Virus record (IMG/VR): IMGVR_UViG_3300028561_000554
Reading direction: 5' to 3' (one strand)
DNA: 64,000 bases
Source of the DNA: an uncultured virus (IMG/VR IMGVR_UViG_3300028561_000554)
Lineage: Duplodnaviria > Heunggongvirae > Uroviricota > Caudoviricetes
Part shown: positions 18,416 to 27,871 of the stretch, one piece after another
Layout: each line of letters begins with the position of its first letter
How positions within the stretch are numbered: the first letter of the stretch is position 1
Notes under the pieces: model-generated
Seen by the model: only the letters and a program-made list of their open reading frames with translations
Databases searched by the model: none
Told to the model about the DNA's origin: nothing
Program-made: the position numbers and the translations under genes

Positions 18416-18670
18416 GCTAATGGTGGGAGTTTCCGATTTGCAACACCAGCAGAAATGTAGAATTTCCGCACCTTTCCCATTATCACCGTGGAAAACTACA
18501 CACTGTTAAACAGCATGCGTTTCGTTAATTTTCAGTACGAAAAAAAGGTGGTTTTTCACGCAAAAAACAATAAAAACGGCACTTTTTTAGCACTTAACCG
18601 CATTTTTCCTTGCAGTCTTGGCGGAGCCCCTTGTGGATACCGCTAACCGCATAACATCGACAGTTTTGAG

Positions 18671-18997
18671 GTGATACAGTTGACCGAATCTCAAAAATTA
18701 CAGGTGCGGGCAATGCGTATGCAGGGCATCGGATACAGAGCTATTGCAAAGGCTCTCGGACTTAAAATCAATCAGGTGCAGCTCTTCTGCAAGGCTCACG
18801 GTCTTTCTGGTTCCGCTGACCTTGTGAAACTGAATTACCCCATCTGGTGTGAACAGAATAACCACTGTATCTTCTGCGGCAGAAAACTTCAGCAGCCGAC
18901 AACTGGCAGACGCAGACGCTTCTGTTCCGGAAGCTGTCGTACAAAATACTGCGTTATGAAGAAATCGGAAGCCCCTGAAAAAGAAATGGAGGACTGA
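18671..18997 (+). CDS. HTH plus Cys-rich zinc-finger protein
   Basis: GIGYRAIAKALGL; CIFCG..RRRFCSGSCR. Confidence 0.75.
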   Translation: MIQLTESQKLQVRAMRMQGIGYRAIAKALGLKINQVQLFCKAHGLSGSADLVKLNYPIWCEQNNHCIFCGRKLQQPTTGRRRRFCSGSCRTKYCVMKKSEAPEKEMED

Positions 18998-18999
18998 CT

Positions 19000-19173
19000 A
19001 TGCACATTGCAGCCTTATGCCTGACATACATGATGCTCGTTATCCTGATTCATGCGATCTGGATAACATCAATCATCAAGTCTGATGGCAAATGCCACTA
19101 TAACGACTGCGGTCACTGTCCGTATGACGGCTGGTGTCCAATACAGGAGGGAGATACACATGGAAACAAGTAA
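19000..19173 (+). CDS. 57-aa membrane protein with Cys motif (not in ORF track)
   Basis: GGAGG RBS; MHIAALCLTYMMLVILIHAIWITSII..CHYNDCGHCPYDGWCP. Confidence 0.6.
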   Translation: MHIAALCLTYMMLVILIHAIWITSIIKSDGKCHYNDCGHCPYDGWCPIQEGDTHGNK

Positions 19174-19429
19174 CAGCAGAACAGCGGGGGCGGTTATTGC
19201 ACCGAAGACAAACGATGAGATCAATCACCCTGCCCACTATACCGCCGGCGGCATCGAGGTCATCGACTTCCTCGAAGCGTGGGACTTACCTTTCCACCTT
19301 GCGAACGCGATAAAATATATCTGCCGCGCAGGTAGGAAAGATAAGAACAAGACCTCAGAGGACCTTCGCAAGGCAATCTGGTATATCAACCGCTACATTG
19401 ACTTTCTCCTAAAATCGGGTCAGAAATAG
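19160..19429 (+). CDS. DUF3310 family protein
   Basis: INHPAHYTAGGIEVID, NAIKYICRAGRK, EDLRKAIWYI. Confidence 0.9.
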   Translation: METSNSRTAGAVIAPKTNDEINHPAHYTAGGIEVIDFLEAWDLPFHLANAIKYICRAGRKDKNKTSEDLRKAIWYINRYIDFLLKSGQK

Positions 19430-19471
19430 GAAAAAACAAATTCATTAGGAGAAAGAATAGGAGAAAGGCAC

Positions 19472-19951
19472 ATGACTCTTACAGAAAACTTCATCCGTGA
19501 AGCAATACACCTCGACAGCGGTGCTGAGATCATGTACGGCACTGATGAGGTATATGATACTTACCCATGCCGCATTCCAACTGTGGAATTTCAGCTCATA
19601 GCAACGGACGCACTTGTCGAGGTCGCTGACTGTATCCGCCTTGAAAAGGGATACAAGCCCATGCACCCGAGAGACGGCAGGACCGATGATGTAGACACTG
19701 ACGGTTTCTATGACTTCTACATTGGCATATCAAAACTGCCGAACGAAAGTGTAGATGTACAGCTTGACAGCAGCATCACCTTCATTGTTGTCAATTCCGA
19801 TTCCGATGATAACGAGGATATGTACGGCATCGAGCTGACAGACTCTGAAGTTGAATATGTGCTGGCTGTACTTGAACAGCAATGCAGGAAGTATGAGAGC
19901 AAGACTTGTGCGCAACTACTTGATGAAGCAGAGAGGGAGATGATAAATTGA
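19472..19951 (+). CDS. hypothetical protein
   Basis: RBS; coupled to nrdD. Confidence 0.65.
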   Translation: MTLTENFIREAIHLDSGAEIMYGTDEVYDTYPCRIPTVEFQLIATDALVEVADCIRLEKGYKPMHPRDGRTDDVDTDGFYDFYIGISKLPNESVDVQLDSSITFIVVNSDSDDNEDMYGIELTDSEVEYVLAVLEQQCRKYESKTCAQLLDEAEREMIN

Positions 19952-22900
19952 GAATTATCAAACGGAACGGATGTGAAGTTCCCTATGACTGCGAAAAGAT
20001 AAGAGCCGCAATTACAGCGGCGAATGCAGAGGTTGATGATAAAATCAGCGATACTGTTATCGGCTTTATTGTCGGGAATGTAGAAAAGCGGTGTGAAGCC
20101 CTTGCAAGACCTGTCCATGTCGAAGAAGTCCAGGACATGGTACTCGATGAACTTGACAATGCCGAAGCGTACAAACTTGCACGCCATTACAGCGAATACA
20201 GACTGCTGCATGAACAGCAGCGCAGGATGAATACCACGGACGGAAAGATCCTGAGCCTGCTCGAACGCAATAATGAGGAAGCCAAACAGGAAAACGCCAA
20301 CAAGAACCCGATCATCAACAGCACACTCCGGGACTATATGGCGGGTGAGGTCAGCAGAGACATCTGCCGTCGATTTCTCTTTCCGGAGGATATTATCTCT
20401 GCCCATGATGATGGTATCATTCATTTACACGATCTGGACTACATCGCAGAACCGATGCACAACTGCTTTAGTGGAGCCACTCGTTTCATAACCGATAGAG
20501 GTATACGACAGTTCAAGGAGTTTCATGATGGTGACTCTGTATATGTTAAAGATTTGAATGGAGATCTCAGACTTGCTACCATTCACACATACGGAAAGAG
20601 AAAAATGCAGAAAGTAACTCTTCAAAACTGCCGTATGGAAAGAACAGTAGTATGCACAGCAGACCACAGATGGCTACTAAAGGACGGCACGGTTACAACA
20701 TCACTAAAAGTTGGCGATGTTCTAATCGGACTTAAAGATTCAACCGGATATACGATAAACAGCTACGAAGAGGCATTTGCTTTCTGTATTGGTTTCATTG
20801 TCGGAGACGGCTGCGATCATTCTCAAGAAGGATGGTGCGGACAGACACAGGTGCGCCTATGCGGAAGAAAAAATGTCTACAAATGGATTTTCGACATGGC
20901 GGGTTTTTCATCATATCAGATTAGAGAAAACGGTGACCATTTAATGCGACTTCGTGGAAAGCTGAAACAGGATTTTTTGAATGGTAAGGGATGGCGGTTT
21001 ATGCCTGTTCACCTAAAGGCATTAGCTTTTAAGGGATATTATGCAGCCGATGGTGCGATTAACTCAAATCGTGCATCAACATGCGATGAACGTATAATGG
21101 AATTCATTGAGGAAACTTCAGGCATAGCGGGATTCTACATTTCGAGTAGAAGCACAACCGTTCGAGATACACTGTACAAAGATAATCACAAGCTAACCAC
21201 ATACCATTTTGTAAAATATAATCCCGTTAATCAAATGTGGAAAGTAAAATCTATCGAATCCTATAATCATCGTTCCAAAATGCTCTGCTACTGTGTTGAG
21301 GAACCAGTAACGCATAGTTTCACATTGGATGGTGGTATTGTGACTGGGAACTGCTGCCTTGTCAATCTGGAAGATATGCTCCAGAACGGTACGGTGGTAT
21401 CCGGCACGATGATCGAAAAGCCGCACAGCTTTTCCACTGCCTGCAATATCGCAACGCAGATCATTGCGCAGGTGGCATCAAACCAGTATGGCGGGCAGAC
21501 AATTTCTCTTGCACACCTTGCTCCTTTTGTGGATATCAGCCGACAAAAAATCAGAGCAGAGATATTCGAGGATGTAAACTGCGATTGCGGATGTAAGCTG
21601 AGTGACGAAGAACTGGATCATATCGTGGAAAAGCGTGTGCACCGGGAAGTCAAGCGTGGGGTGCAGACCATTCAGTATCAGATAAATACACTGCTCACGA
21701 CCAATGGACAAACGCCTTTCGTGACGGTATTCATGTATCTCGATGAAGTTCCGGAAGGACAGACCCGCGATGACCTTGCAATGATTATCGAGGAGACTCT
21801 GCTCCAACGCATTGAAGGTGTCAAGAACGAGAAAGGCGTGTGGATCACACCGGCTTTTCCGAAGCTGATCTATGTTCTCGATGAGGACAATATTTCTTCG
21901 GAATCAAAATATTACTATTTGACAGAACTTGCGGCAAGATGTACAGCAAAAAGAATGGTTCCCGACTATATCTCCGCCAAAGTTATGAAAAAGCTGAAAG
22001 GTGATGTGTACGCCTGCATGGGCTGCCGATCATTCCTCACGCCGTCTGATGAACACAAGTATTACGGCAGATTCAATCATGGCGTTACCACGATAAACCT
22101 TGTTGATGTCGCTTGCTCTTCCGGCGGTGATGAAGACAAGTTCTGGCAGCTACTCGATGAACGCTGTGAACTGTGTTTTAAGGCTCTGATGTGTCGCCAC
22201 AACCGTCTGAAAGATACGCCGTCCGATGTTGCTCCGATTTTATGGCAGAACGGTGCGCTTGCCCGACTCGGAAATGGTGAAGTCATTGATGATCTGCTGT
22301 ATCACAATTACAGTACGATCTCACTCGGCTATGCCGGAATCGCAGAAATGACCTACCGCATGAAAGGCCGCTCCCATACAGAGCCGAAGGGAAAAGAATT
22401 TGCACTTGCTGTAATGCGATTTCTGAACGATAAGTGCAAGAGTTGGCGTGAGAAAACCGGCATCAGTTTCTCGCTGTATGGCACGCCAATGGAAAGCGTC
22501 ACCTACAAATTTGCACAGTGCTTACAGCGGCGATTCGGTATCATTCCTCATGTAACGGACAAAAGCTACATCACCAACAGCTATCATGTTCATGTGACTG
22601 AGCCGATCGATGCGTTCAGCAAGCTGAAATTTGAAGCGGAATTTCAGGAATTATCTCCCGGCGGTGCGATAAGCTATGTGGAGGTTCCGAATCTCCAAAA
22701 CAATATCCCTGCGGTACTGTCGGTCATGGAATTTATCTATGAGAATATAATGTATGCCGAGCTGAACACGAAATCAGATTACTGTCAAGCCTGCGGATTT
22801 GACGGCGAAATCGGCATTGTTGAGGAGGACGGCAAGCTGATATGGAAGTGTCCCAACTGCGGAAATCGTGACCAGCGGACAATGAATGTATGTCGGCGAA

Positions 22901-22977
22901 CCTGCGGCTATCTCGGCACGCAATACTGGAATCAGGGCAGAACCGCTGAAATCAAGGATCGGGTGATGCACCTGTGA
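19948..22977 (+). CDS. nrdD: anaerobic ribonucleoside-triphosphate reductase with intein
   Basis: ATP-cone (IIKRNG), IHLHDLDY, MGCRSFL, YGTPMES, RRTCGYLG glycyl-radical motif. Confidence 0.95.
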   Translation: MRIIKRNGCEVPYDCEKIRAAITAANAEVDDKISDTVIGFIVGNVEKRCEALARPVHVEEVQDMVLDELDNAEAYKLARHYSEYRLLHEQQRRMNTTDGKILSLLERNNEEAKQENANKNPIINSTLRDYMAGEVSRDICRRFLFPEDIISAHDDGIIHLHDLDYIAEPMHNCFSGATRFITDRGIRQFKEFHDGDSVYVKDLNGDLRLATIHTYGKRKMQKVTLQNCRMERTVVCTADHRWLLKDGTVTTSLKVGDVLIGLKDSTGYTINSYEEAFAFCIGFIVGDGCDHSQEGWCGQTQVRLCGRKNVYKWIFDMAGFSSYQIRENGDHLMRLRGKLKQDFLNGKGWRFMPVHLKALAFKGYYAADGAINSNRASTCDERIMEFIEETSGIAGFYISSRSTTVRDTLYKDNHKLTTYHFVKYNPVNQMWKVKSIESYNHRSKMLCYCVEEPVTHSFTLDGGIVTGNCCLVNLEDMLQNGTVVSGTMIEKPHSFSTACNIATQIIAQVASNQYGGQTISLAHLAPFVDISRQKIRAEIFEDVNCDCGCKLSDEELDHIVEKRVHREVKRGVQTIQYQINTLLTTNGQTPFVTVFMYLDEVPEGQTRDDLAMIIEETLLQRIEGVKNEKGVWITPAFPKLIYVLDEDNISSESKYYYLTELAARCTAKRMVPDYISAKVMKKLKGDVYACMGCRSFLTPSDEHKYYGRFNHGVTTINLVDVACSSGGDEDKFWQLLDERCELCFKALMCRHNRLKDTPSDVAPILWQNGALARLGNGEVIDDLLYHNYSTISLGYAGIAEMTYRMKGRSHTEPKGKEFALAVMRFLNDKCKSWREKTGISFSLYGTPMESVTYKFAQCLQRRFGIIPHVTDKSYITNSYHVHVTEPIDAFSKLKFEAEFQELSPGGAISYVEVPNLQNNIPAVLSVMEFIYENIMYAELNTKSDYCQACGFDGEIGIVEEDGKLIWKCPNCGNRDQRTMNVCRRTCGYLGTQYWNQGRTAEIKDRVMHL
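20464..21351 (+). mobile_element. intein (296 aa) with LAGLIDADG-like domain in NrdD
   Basis: MHN|CFSGAT...TADHRW...IGFIVGDG...KGYYAADG...GGIVTGN|CCLV; removal restores HNCCLVNL. Confidence 0.92.
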
Positions 22978-23441
22978 ATTACTGTGGTTTGAAGAAAACG
23001 GATATCGCCAACGGTGAGGGTGTGCGTGTATCGTTATTTGTCTCCGGCTGTCGGAATCACTGTGTCGGCTGCCATAACCCCGAAGCGTGGGATTTTTCCT
23101 ACGGTCAGCCGTTCACGATAGAAACAGAAAATGAGATCATTGAAGCCCTGCGTCCTTCATGGATTCAGGGACTTTCTGTTCTCGGCGGTGAGCCGTGTGA
23201 AGAAGAAAATAAAAAAGTATTGATTCCGTTTCTGAAACGAGTCCGTGAGAAATTGTCGGAGAAAGATATCTGGCTGTACAGCGGATACACTTACGAGCTG
23301 CTGCAAAGCGATGAAATCTTGCAGTATATAGATGTACTGGTAGACGGTCCGTTTCTCTTGGAGCAGAAAGACATCTCACTTGCTTTTCGGGGAAGCAGGA
23401 ATCAGCGGATCATTAAATTGAAAAATGGAGGTATGAGATGA
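22974..23441 (+). CDS. nrdG: anaerobic RNR activating enzyme
   Basis: GVRVSLFVSGCRNHCVGCHN, LGGEP, DVLVDGPF, FRGSRNQ. Confidence 0.95.
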   Translation: MNYCGLKKTDIANGEGVRVSLFVSGCRNHCVGCHNPEAWDFSYGQPFTIETENEIIEALRPSWIQGLSVLGGEPCEEENKKVLIPFLKRVREKLSEKDIWLYSGYTYELLQSDEILQYIDVLVDGPFLLEQKDISLAFRGSRNQRIIKLKNGGMR

Positions 23442-24709
23442 AAACAGCAGAACTGCGAATGATTCCTGTCTCGGAGCTGAAGCCTGCGGAATACAATCCA
23501 AGAAAAAAGCTGAAGCCCGGCGACAAGGAATACGAAAAAATCAAAAACAGCATCGAGGAATTCGGATTTGCCGATCCGCTTGTTGTCAATGCGGACATGA
23601 CCATCATAGGAGGACATCAAAGATTATCAGTGGCGATGGCACTCGGCTACACTGATGTGCCCTGTGCGGTGGTCGATGTAGATAAAGTCCGCGAAAAAGC
23701 GCTGAATATTGCGCTTAACAAGATCACGGGAGCATGGGATGAAAACATGTTGGCTGAACTGCTTGAAGATATCCAGAACAGTAATTTTGACCTCGGCAAG
23801 ACCGGATTTGATCCGCCGGAGATCGAACAGCTTTTCAATCAGGTGCATGACAAGCAGGTCAAAGAGGACGGATTTGACGTTGACGAGGAACTGAAAAAGC
23901 CGACCTTCTCCAAGCCCGGCGACATATGGTATCTGGGACGGCATCGTGTTATCTGCGGCGACAGCACTGTTGCGGAGACATACACAAAACTGATGAACGG
24001 GCAAAAAGCAAATCTCGTCCTGACTGATCCGCCTTACAATGTGGACGTTGAGGAGACTGCCGGTAAGATCATGAACGACAACATGAGCGACGGCGATTTC
24101 TATAATTTCCTGCTTGCCGCCTATAAATGTATGCACGAGAGTCTTGCCGATGACGGTAGCATTTATGTGTGGCACGCCGATACCGAGGGGCTGAACTTCC
24201 GAAAGGCTTTCAAGGACGCAGGATTCCAGCTTTCCGGCTGCTGTATCTGGAAGAAGAATTCACTGGTTCTCGGCAGGAGTCCGTATCAGTGGATCCATGA
24301 ACCGTGCCTGTTCGGCTGGAAGCAGAAAGGCAAGCACCAGTGGTATTCCGATCGAAAGCAGACTACTGTCTGGGAATACGACAAGCCCAAGAGCAGCCCG
24401 GATCACCCGACTACAAAGCCGATCACACTCATGGCATATCCAATCAAAAACAGCACCATGACAAACGGCGTCGTCCTCGACCCGTTCCTCGGAAGCGGCT
24501 CAACGCTGATCGCCTGCTGTGAAACCGACCGCATTTGCCGGGGTATCGAGCTTGATCCTAAATTTGTGGATGTCATTGTTAATCGTTTCCGCAGTTGGTG
24601 CGAGGAAAAACAGACTGTAGCTGATGTATATGTCATTCGTGACGGTCAGAAGTTGACCTACGAGGAAGCCCTTGCAGAAATGCCGCAGGACGGTGATGTC
24701 AATGAATGA
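23438..24709 (+). CDS. ParB-like N-terminal domain plus N6/N4 DNA methyltransferase
   Basis: YNPRK, IIGGHQR; TDPPYN; HPTTKP; LDPFLGSGST. Confidence 0.92.
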   Translation: MKTAELRMIPVSELKPAEYNPRKKLKPGDKEYEKIKNSIEEFGFADPLVVNADMTIIGGHQRLSVAMALGYTDVPCAVVDVDKVREKALNIALNKITGAWDENMLAELLEDIQNSNFDLGKTGFDPPEIEQLFNQVHDKQVKEDGFDVDEELKKPTFSKPGDIWYLGRHRVICGDSTVAETYTKLMNGQKANLVLTDPPYNVDVEETAGKIMNDNMSDGDFYNFLLAAYKCMHESLADDGSIYVWHADTEGLNFRKAFKDAGFQLSGCCIWKKNSLVLGRSPYQWIHEPCLFGWKQKGKHQWYSDRKQTTVWEYDKPKSSPDHPTTKPITLMAYPIKNSTMTNGVVLDPFLGSGSTLIACCETDRICRGIELDPKFVDVIVNRFRSWCEEKQTVADVYVIRDGQKLTYEEALAEMPQDGDVNE

Positions 24710-25505
24710 GCAGAAACCTATACTTCATGTAGTCAGCTTTAGTGGAGGTAAGGACTCAACAGCCATGCTTCTTAAAATGCTGGAACTTGGTATGCAGATT
24801 GATGTGGTATTATTTTGTGATACCGGTCTGGAATTTTCACAGCTTTATGAGCATATGCACAAAGTCGAGGAAAATACAGGCATAAAGATAACAACTGTTA
24901 AGAGCGATTACAGTTATGAATACCTTATGTTCGACAAGTCCATCAAGCGTAAAAAGCCGGAATTGCAAGGCAAGACCGGATTTAGCTGGGCAGGTCCGCT
25001 GATGCGGTGGTGTACCAATCTTCTGAAAACAGTACCTCGTGAGAAATATCTCCGTGAGCTGAAAAAGAAGTACGATGTGATCGAATACATCGGCATTGCC
25101 GCTGACGAAACGGAGCGTATCACTCACAAATGTAACAGCCGTCCCAACGTCCGCCTGCCGCTTGTAGAATGGGGCATGACCGAAGCAGACTGTCTTGCTT
25201 ACTGCAAAGAGCACGGCTACGACTGGGGCGGACTGTATGAAAAATTCGGACGTGTATCCTGTTGGTGCTGTCCCCTGCAGCCGTTATCGGAACTGCGGAT
25301 TCTCTATTATGACTTCCCCGATCTCTGGAAACAGCTCAGAGAATGGGACAATAAAACATGGCGCACTTTCAAGCCCGGATGGTCAGTCCGGCAGCTTGAG
25401 GTGCGCTTTGATTTTGAAAAAGAGTGGCAGAACTGCGGAAAACAGCGCGGCACTAAGGAGTTCCGCAAAGAGCTGAAAAAGAGATTGGAGGGTGTTAATG
25501 AATGA
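24702..25505 (+). CDS. PAPS-reductase family (PP-loop) protein
   Basis: SFSGGKDSTAM, DTGLEF, RWCT..LK, RVSCWCCP. Confidence 0.85.
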   Translation: MNEQKPILHVVSFSGGKDSTAMLLKMLELGMQIDVVLFCDTGLEFSQLYEHMHKVEENTGIKITTVKSDYSYEYLMFDKSIKRKKPELQGKTGFSWAGPLMRWCTNLLKTVPREKYLRELKKKYDVIEYIGIAADETERITHKCNSRPNVRLPLVEWGMTEADCLAYCKEHGYDWGGLYEKFGRVSCWCCPLQPLSELRILYYDFPDLWKQLREWDNKTWRTFKPGWSVRQLEVRFDFEKEWQNCGKQRGTKEFRKELKKRLEGVNE

Positions 25506-26283
25506 TGTAAAATGTGAATTGTATCACGATAATTTTCAAAATCACCGCCGATACAATTTAGCTCCTGCACAACTCATCATTGCGGATATTCCGTACAACA
25601 TTGGAACTGATTTCTACGCAAGCCGTCCTGAGTGGTATGTGGACGGCGACAATCAAAACGGCGAAAGTGAAAAAGCACACAAAGCGGCGTTCAATACGGA
25701 TTACAGCTTTAATATTGCGGAATTCATGCACTTTGCGTCCCGACTGCTCAAAAAAGAGCCGTCCAAAGGCGAAAAGGACGCTCCCTGTATGATAGTTTTC
25801 TGTGCATTTCAGCAGATACCCTTGATATTGAATCAAGCTGAAAAATACGGCTTCAAAAAATATCAGTTTTTGGTGTTCACAAAGAAAAGTTCACCGCAGG
25901 TGCTAAAGGCAAATATGCGAATCGTTGGAGCAACAGAATATGCCCTTGTTCTCTATCGGAATAAACTGCCGAAGTTCCGAAATACCGACGCGGACGGTAA
26001 GCGGCACATGATCCTCGACCACTTCAATTGGGAGCGTGACGGCAAAGAGATCCCGAAAATACATCCAAGCCAGAAACCGATCACTGTGCTGAAACGCCTG
26101 ATCGAAATATTCACCGATCCGGGTGACGTGGTGATCGATCCCTGCGCCGGTTCAGGCTCTGCACTCAGAGCCGCAAGAGAACTGGGGCGGCATAGCTACG
26201 GATTTGAAGTAAGCAAGGAATTTTACACAAAAGCCTGTAAGCAGATGCTTGCAGAGAACAGCGGAGGGAATGAAAATGAATGA
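25498..26283 (+). CDS. N6/N4 DNA methyltransferase
   Basis: ADIPYN, HPSQKP, IDPCAGSGS. Confidence 0.9.
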   Translation: MNDVKCELYHDNFQNHRRYNLAPAQLIIADIPYNIGTDFYASRPEWYVDGDNQNGESEKAHKAAFNTDYSFNIAEFMHFASRLLKKEPSKGEKDAPCMIVFCAFQQIPLILNQAEKYGFKKYQFLVFTKKSSPQVLKANMRIVGATEYALVLYRNKLPKFRNTDADGKRHMILDHFNWERDGKEIPKIHPSQKPITVLKRLIEIFTDPGDVVIDPCAGSGSALRAARELGRHSYGFEVSKEFYTKACKQMLAENSGGNENE

Positions 26284-27040
26284 AATTGCAATCGTTGTCA
26301 GTTATGACAATGAAAAACCGACAGTCAGCGGTCGTGAGCTGCACAAGGCTCTCGAAATAGAAACACCGTACAGAATATGGTTTCCGAGAATGTGCGAATA
26401 TGGGTTTACAGAAAACATCGACTATACCCCGTACAAATTTGTACACCCCCAGAATCATCAGGAAACAACCGACCACCAACTCACTATCGACATGGCAAAA
26501 GAGCTGTGCATGATTCAGCGGACAGAAATCGGCAAGAGATGCCGTGAATATTTTCTGCGCATCGAGCAGCAGTGGAACAGCCCGGAAGCTGTCATGGCGC
26601 GAGCCTTGCAGTTTGCGAATCAGCGATTGGAGCTTATCATGGAGCAGAACAGTCAACTGCTTGAAAAGAGTGTTGTGCAGGAAAAACTGATCGAGGAAAT
26701 GCAGCCGAAAGTAAGCTACTGCGATATTGTGCTGAACTGCAAAGAACTTGTTACTGTAAACTCCATTGCTAAAGACTATGGCAAATCGGCTGTCTGGCTG
26801 AACAAGTGGCTGCACGAGCATGGTATTCAGTACAAGCAGGGCGAGGTTTGGCTGCTGTATCAGAAATATGCGGGTAAGGGCTATGTCAAATCCAAAACGA
26901 CCACATTTATCGGAACTGACGGCGGTCAGCACGCAAAATCGCATACTTACTGGACGCAACGGGGCAGGATTTTCCTTTACGAGCTGCTGAAGGAAAACGG
27001 CATACTGCCGCTGATCGAGCAGAACCATGACGAAGCGTGA
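26276..27040 (+). CDS. phage antirepressor (AntA/AntB plus KilAC)
   Basis: VSGRELHKAL, DMAKELCMIQR, IAKDYG, YWTQRGRIFLY. Confidence 0.9.
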   Translation: MNEIAIVVSYDNEKPTVSGRELHKALEIETPYRIWFPRMCEYGFTENIDYTPYKFVHPQNHQETTDHQLTIDMAKELCMIQRTEIGKRCREYFLRIEQQWNSPEAVMARALQFANQRLELIMEQNSQLLEKSVVQEKLIEEMQPKVSYCDIVLNCKELVTVNSIAKDYGKSAVWLNKWLHEHGIQYKQGEVWLLYQKYAGKGYVKSKTTTFIGTDGGQHAKSHTYWTQRGRIFLYELLKENGILPLIEQNHDEA

Positions 27041-27233
27041 ATGTGCGGTCATAACCGCTTACACAGATATTTCCATGCTGCAAGGCAGTGATCTTAAATA
27101 TCTGTACGACTATCTGTCGGGACTTATCGGCAGACCGATCTATTCCCATGAAATCCCCACGGTTTGTATGCAGTTCAAGGAGCAGATCAGGAAAGATTTT
27201 ATCGATCTGTGCAGGAATGCAGCCGATGAGTGA
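27027..27233 (+). CDS. hypothetical protein
   Basis: Overlaps both neighbours in the operon. Confidence 0.6.
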   Translation: MTKRECAVITAYTDISMLQGSDLKYLYDYLSGLIGRPIYSHEIPTVCMQFKEQIRKDFIDLCRNAADE

Positions 27234-27858
27234 TCTTATAAAAAGTATCGGCTACGACCAAGGCGAGATCCTTCGCAACATTCTAAAACTCCATGTGCCG
27301 GAGGGAAAGATCGACTGTGATCCGACTTTCAGCACTGGGGCTTTCTACAACGGAACAGGCATTGCTATTCCGCTGTACCGATTTGATATTTCTCCGCAGC
27401 GGAGCGATGTAGTACAAGCAGATGCCCGAAATCTTCCGCTTGCAGACAGCAGTATTTCCTGCATGATGCTCGATCCGCCGTTTTTAGCGACAAAGGGGAA
27501 ATCACTGAGAAGCGGTAAAGGCAATATCATCAACAGACGTTTCGGTGTATATCCTGATGAGAAGAGTCTGCATCGGTGTTATGAGGAGATGCTTGCGGAA
27601 GCGTACAGAGTACTGAAACCGGACGGCATTCTGATCTTCAAGTGTCAGGATAAGGTCAGCAGCGGCAAGCAGTATATGAGTCATGTGTATATCATAAACG
27701 AGGCGGTACGGATAGGCTTTTACCCAAAAGACTTGTTTATCTTGCTTGCAAAAAGCCGTCTGGTAGCCGGTTGGCAAAGAAATCAAAAACATAGCCGAAA
27801 GTATCATAGTTACTTTCTGGTATTTCAGAAAAATAACAGGCGTATTGAGTACGTCTGA
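27226..27858 (+). CDS. small adenine-type DNA methyltransferase
   Basis: DPTFSTG, DARNLPL, LDPPF, EAYRVLKPDG. Confidence 0.8.
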   Translation: MSDLIKSIGYDQGEILRNILKLHVPEGKIDCDPTFSTGAFYNGTGIAIPLYRFDISPQRSDVVQADARNLPLADSSISCMMLDPPFLATKGKSLRSGKGNIINRRFGVYPDEKSLHRCYEEMLAEAYRVLKPDGILIFKCQDKVSSGKQYMSHVYIINEAVRIGFYPKDLFILLAKSRLVAGWQRNQKHSRKYHSYFLVFQKNNRRIEYV

Positions 27859-27871
27859 GTTTGGAGGTAAA

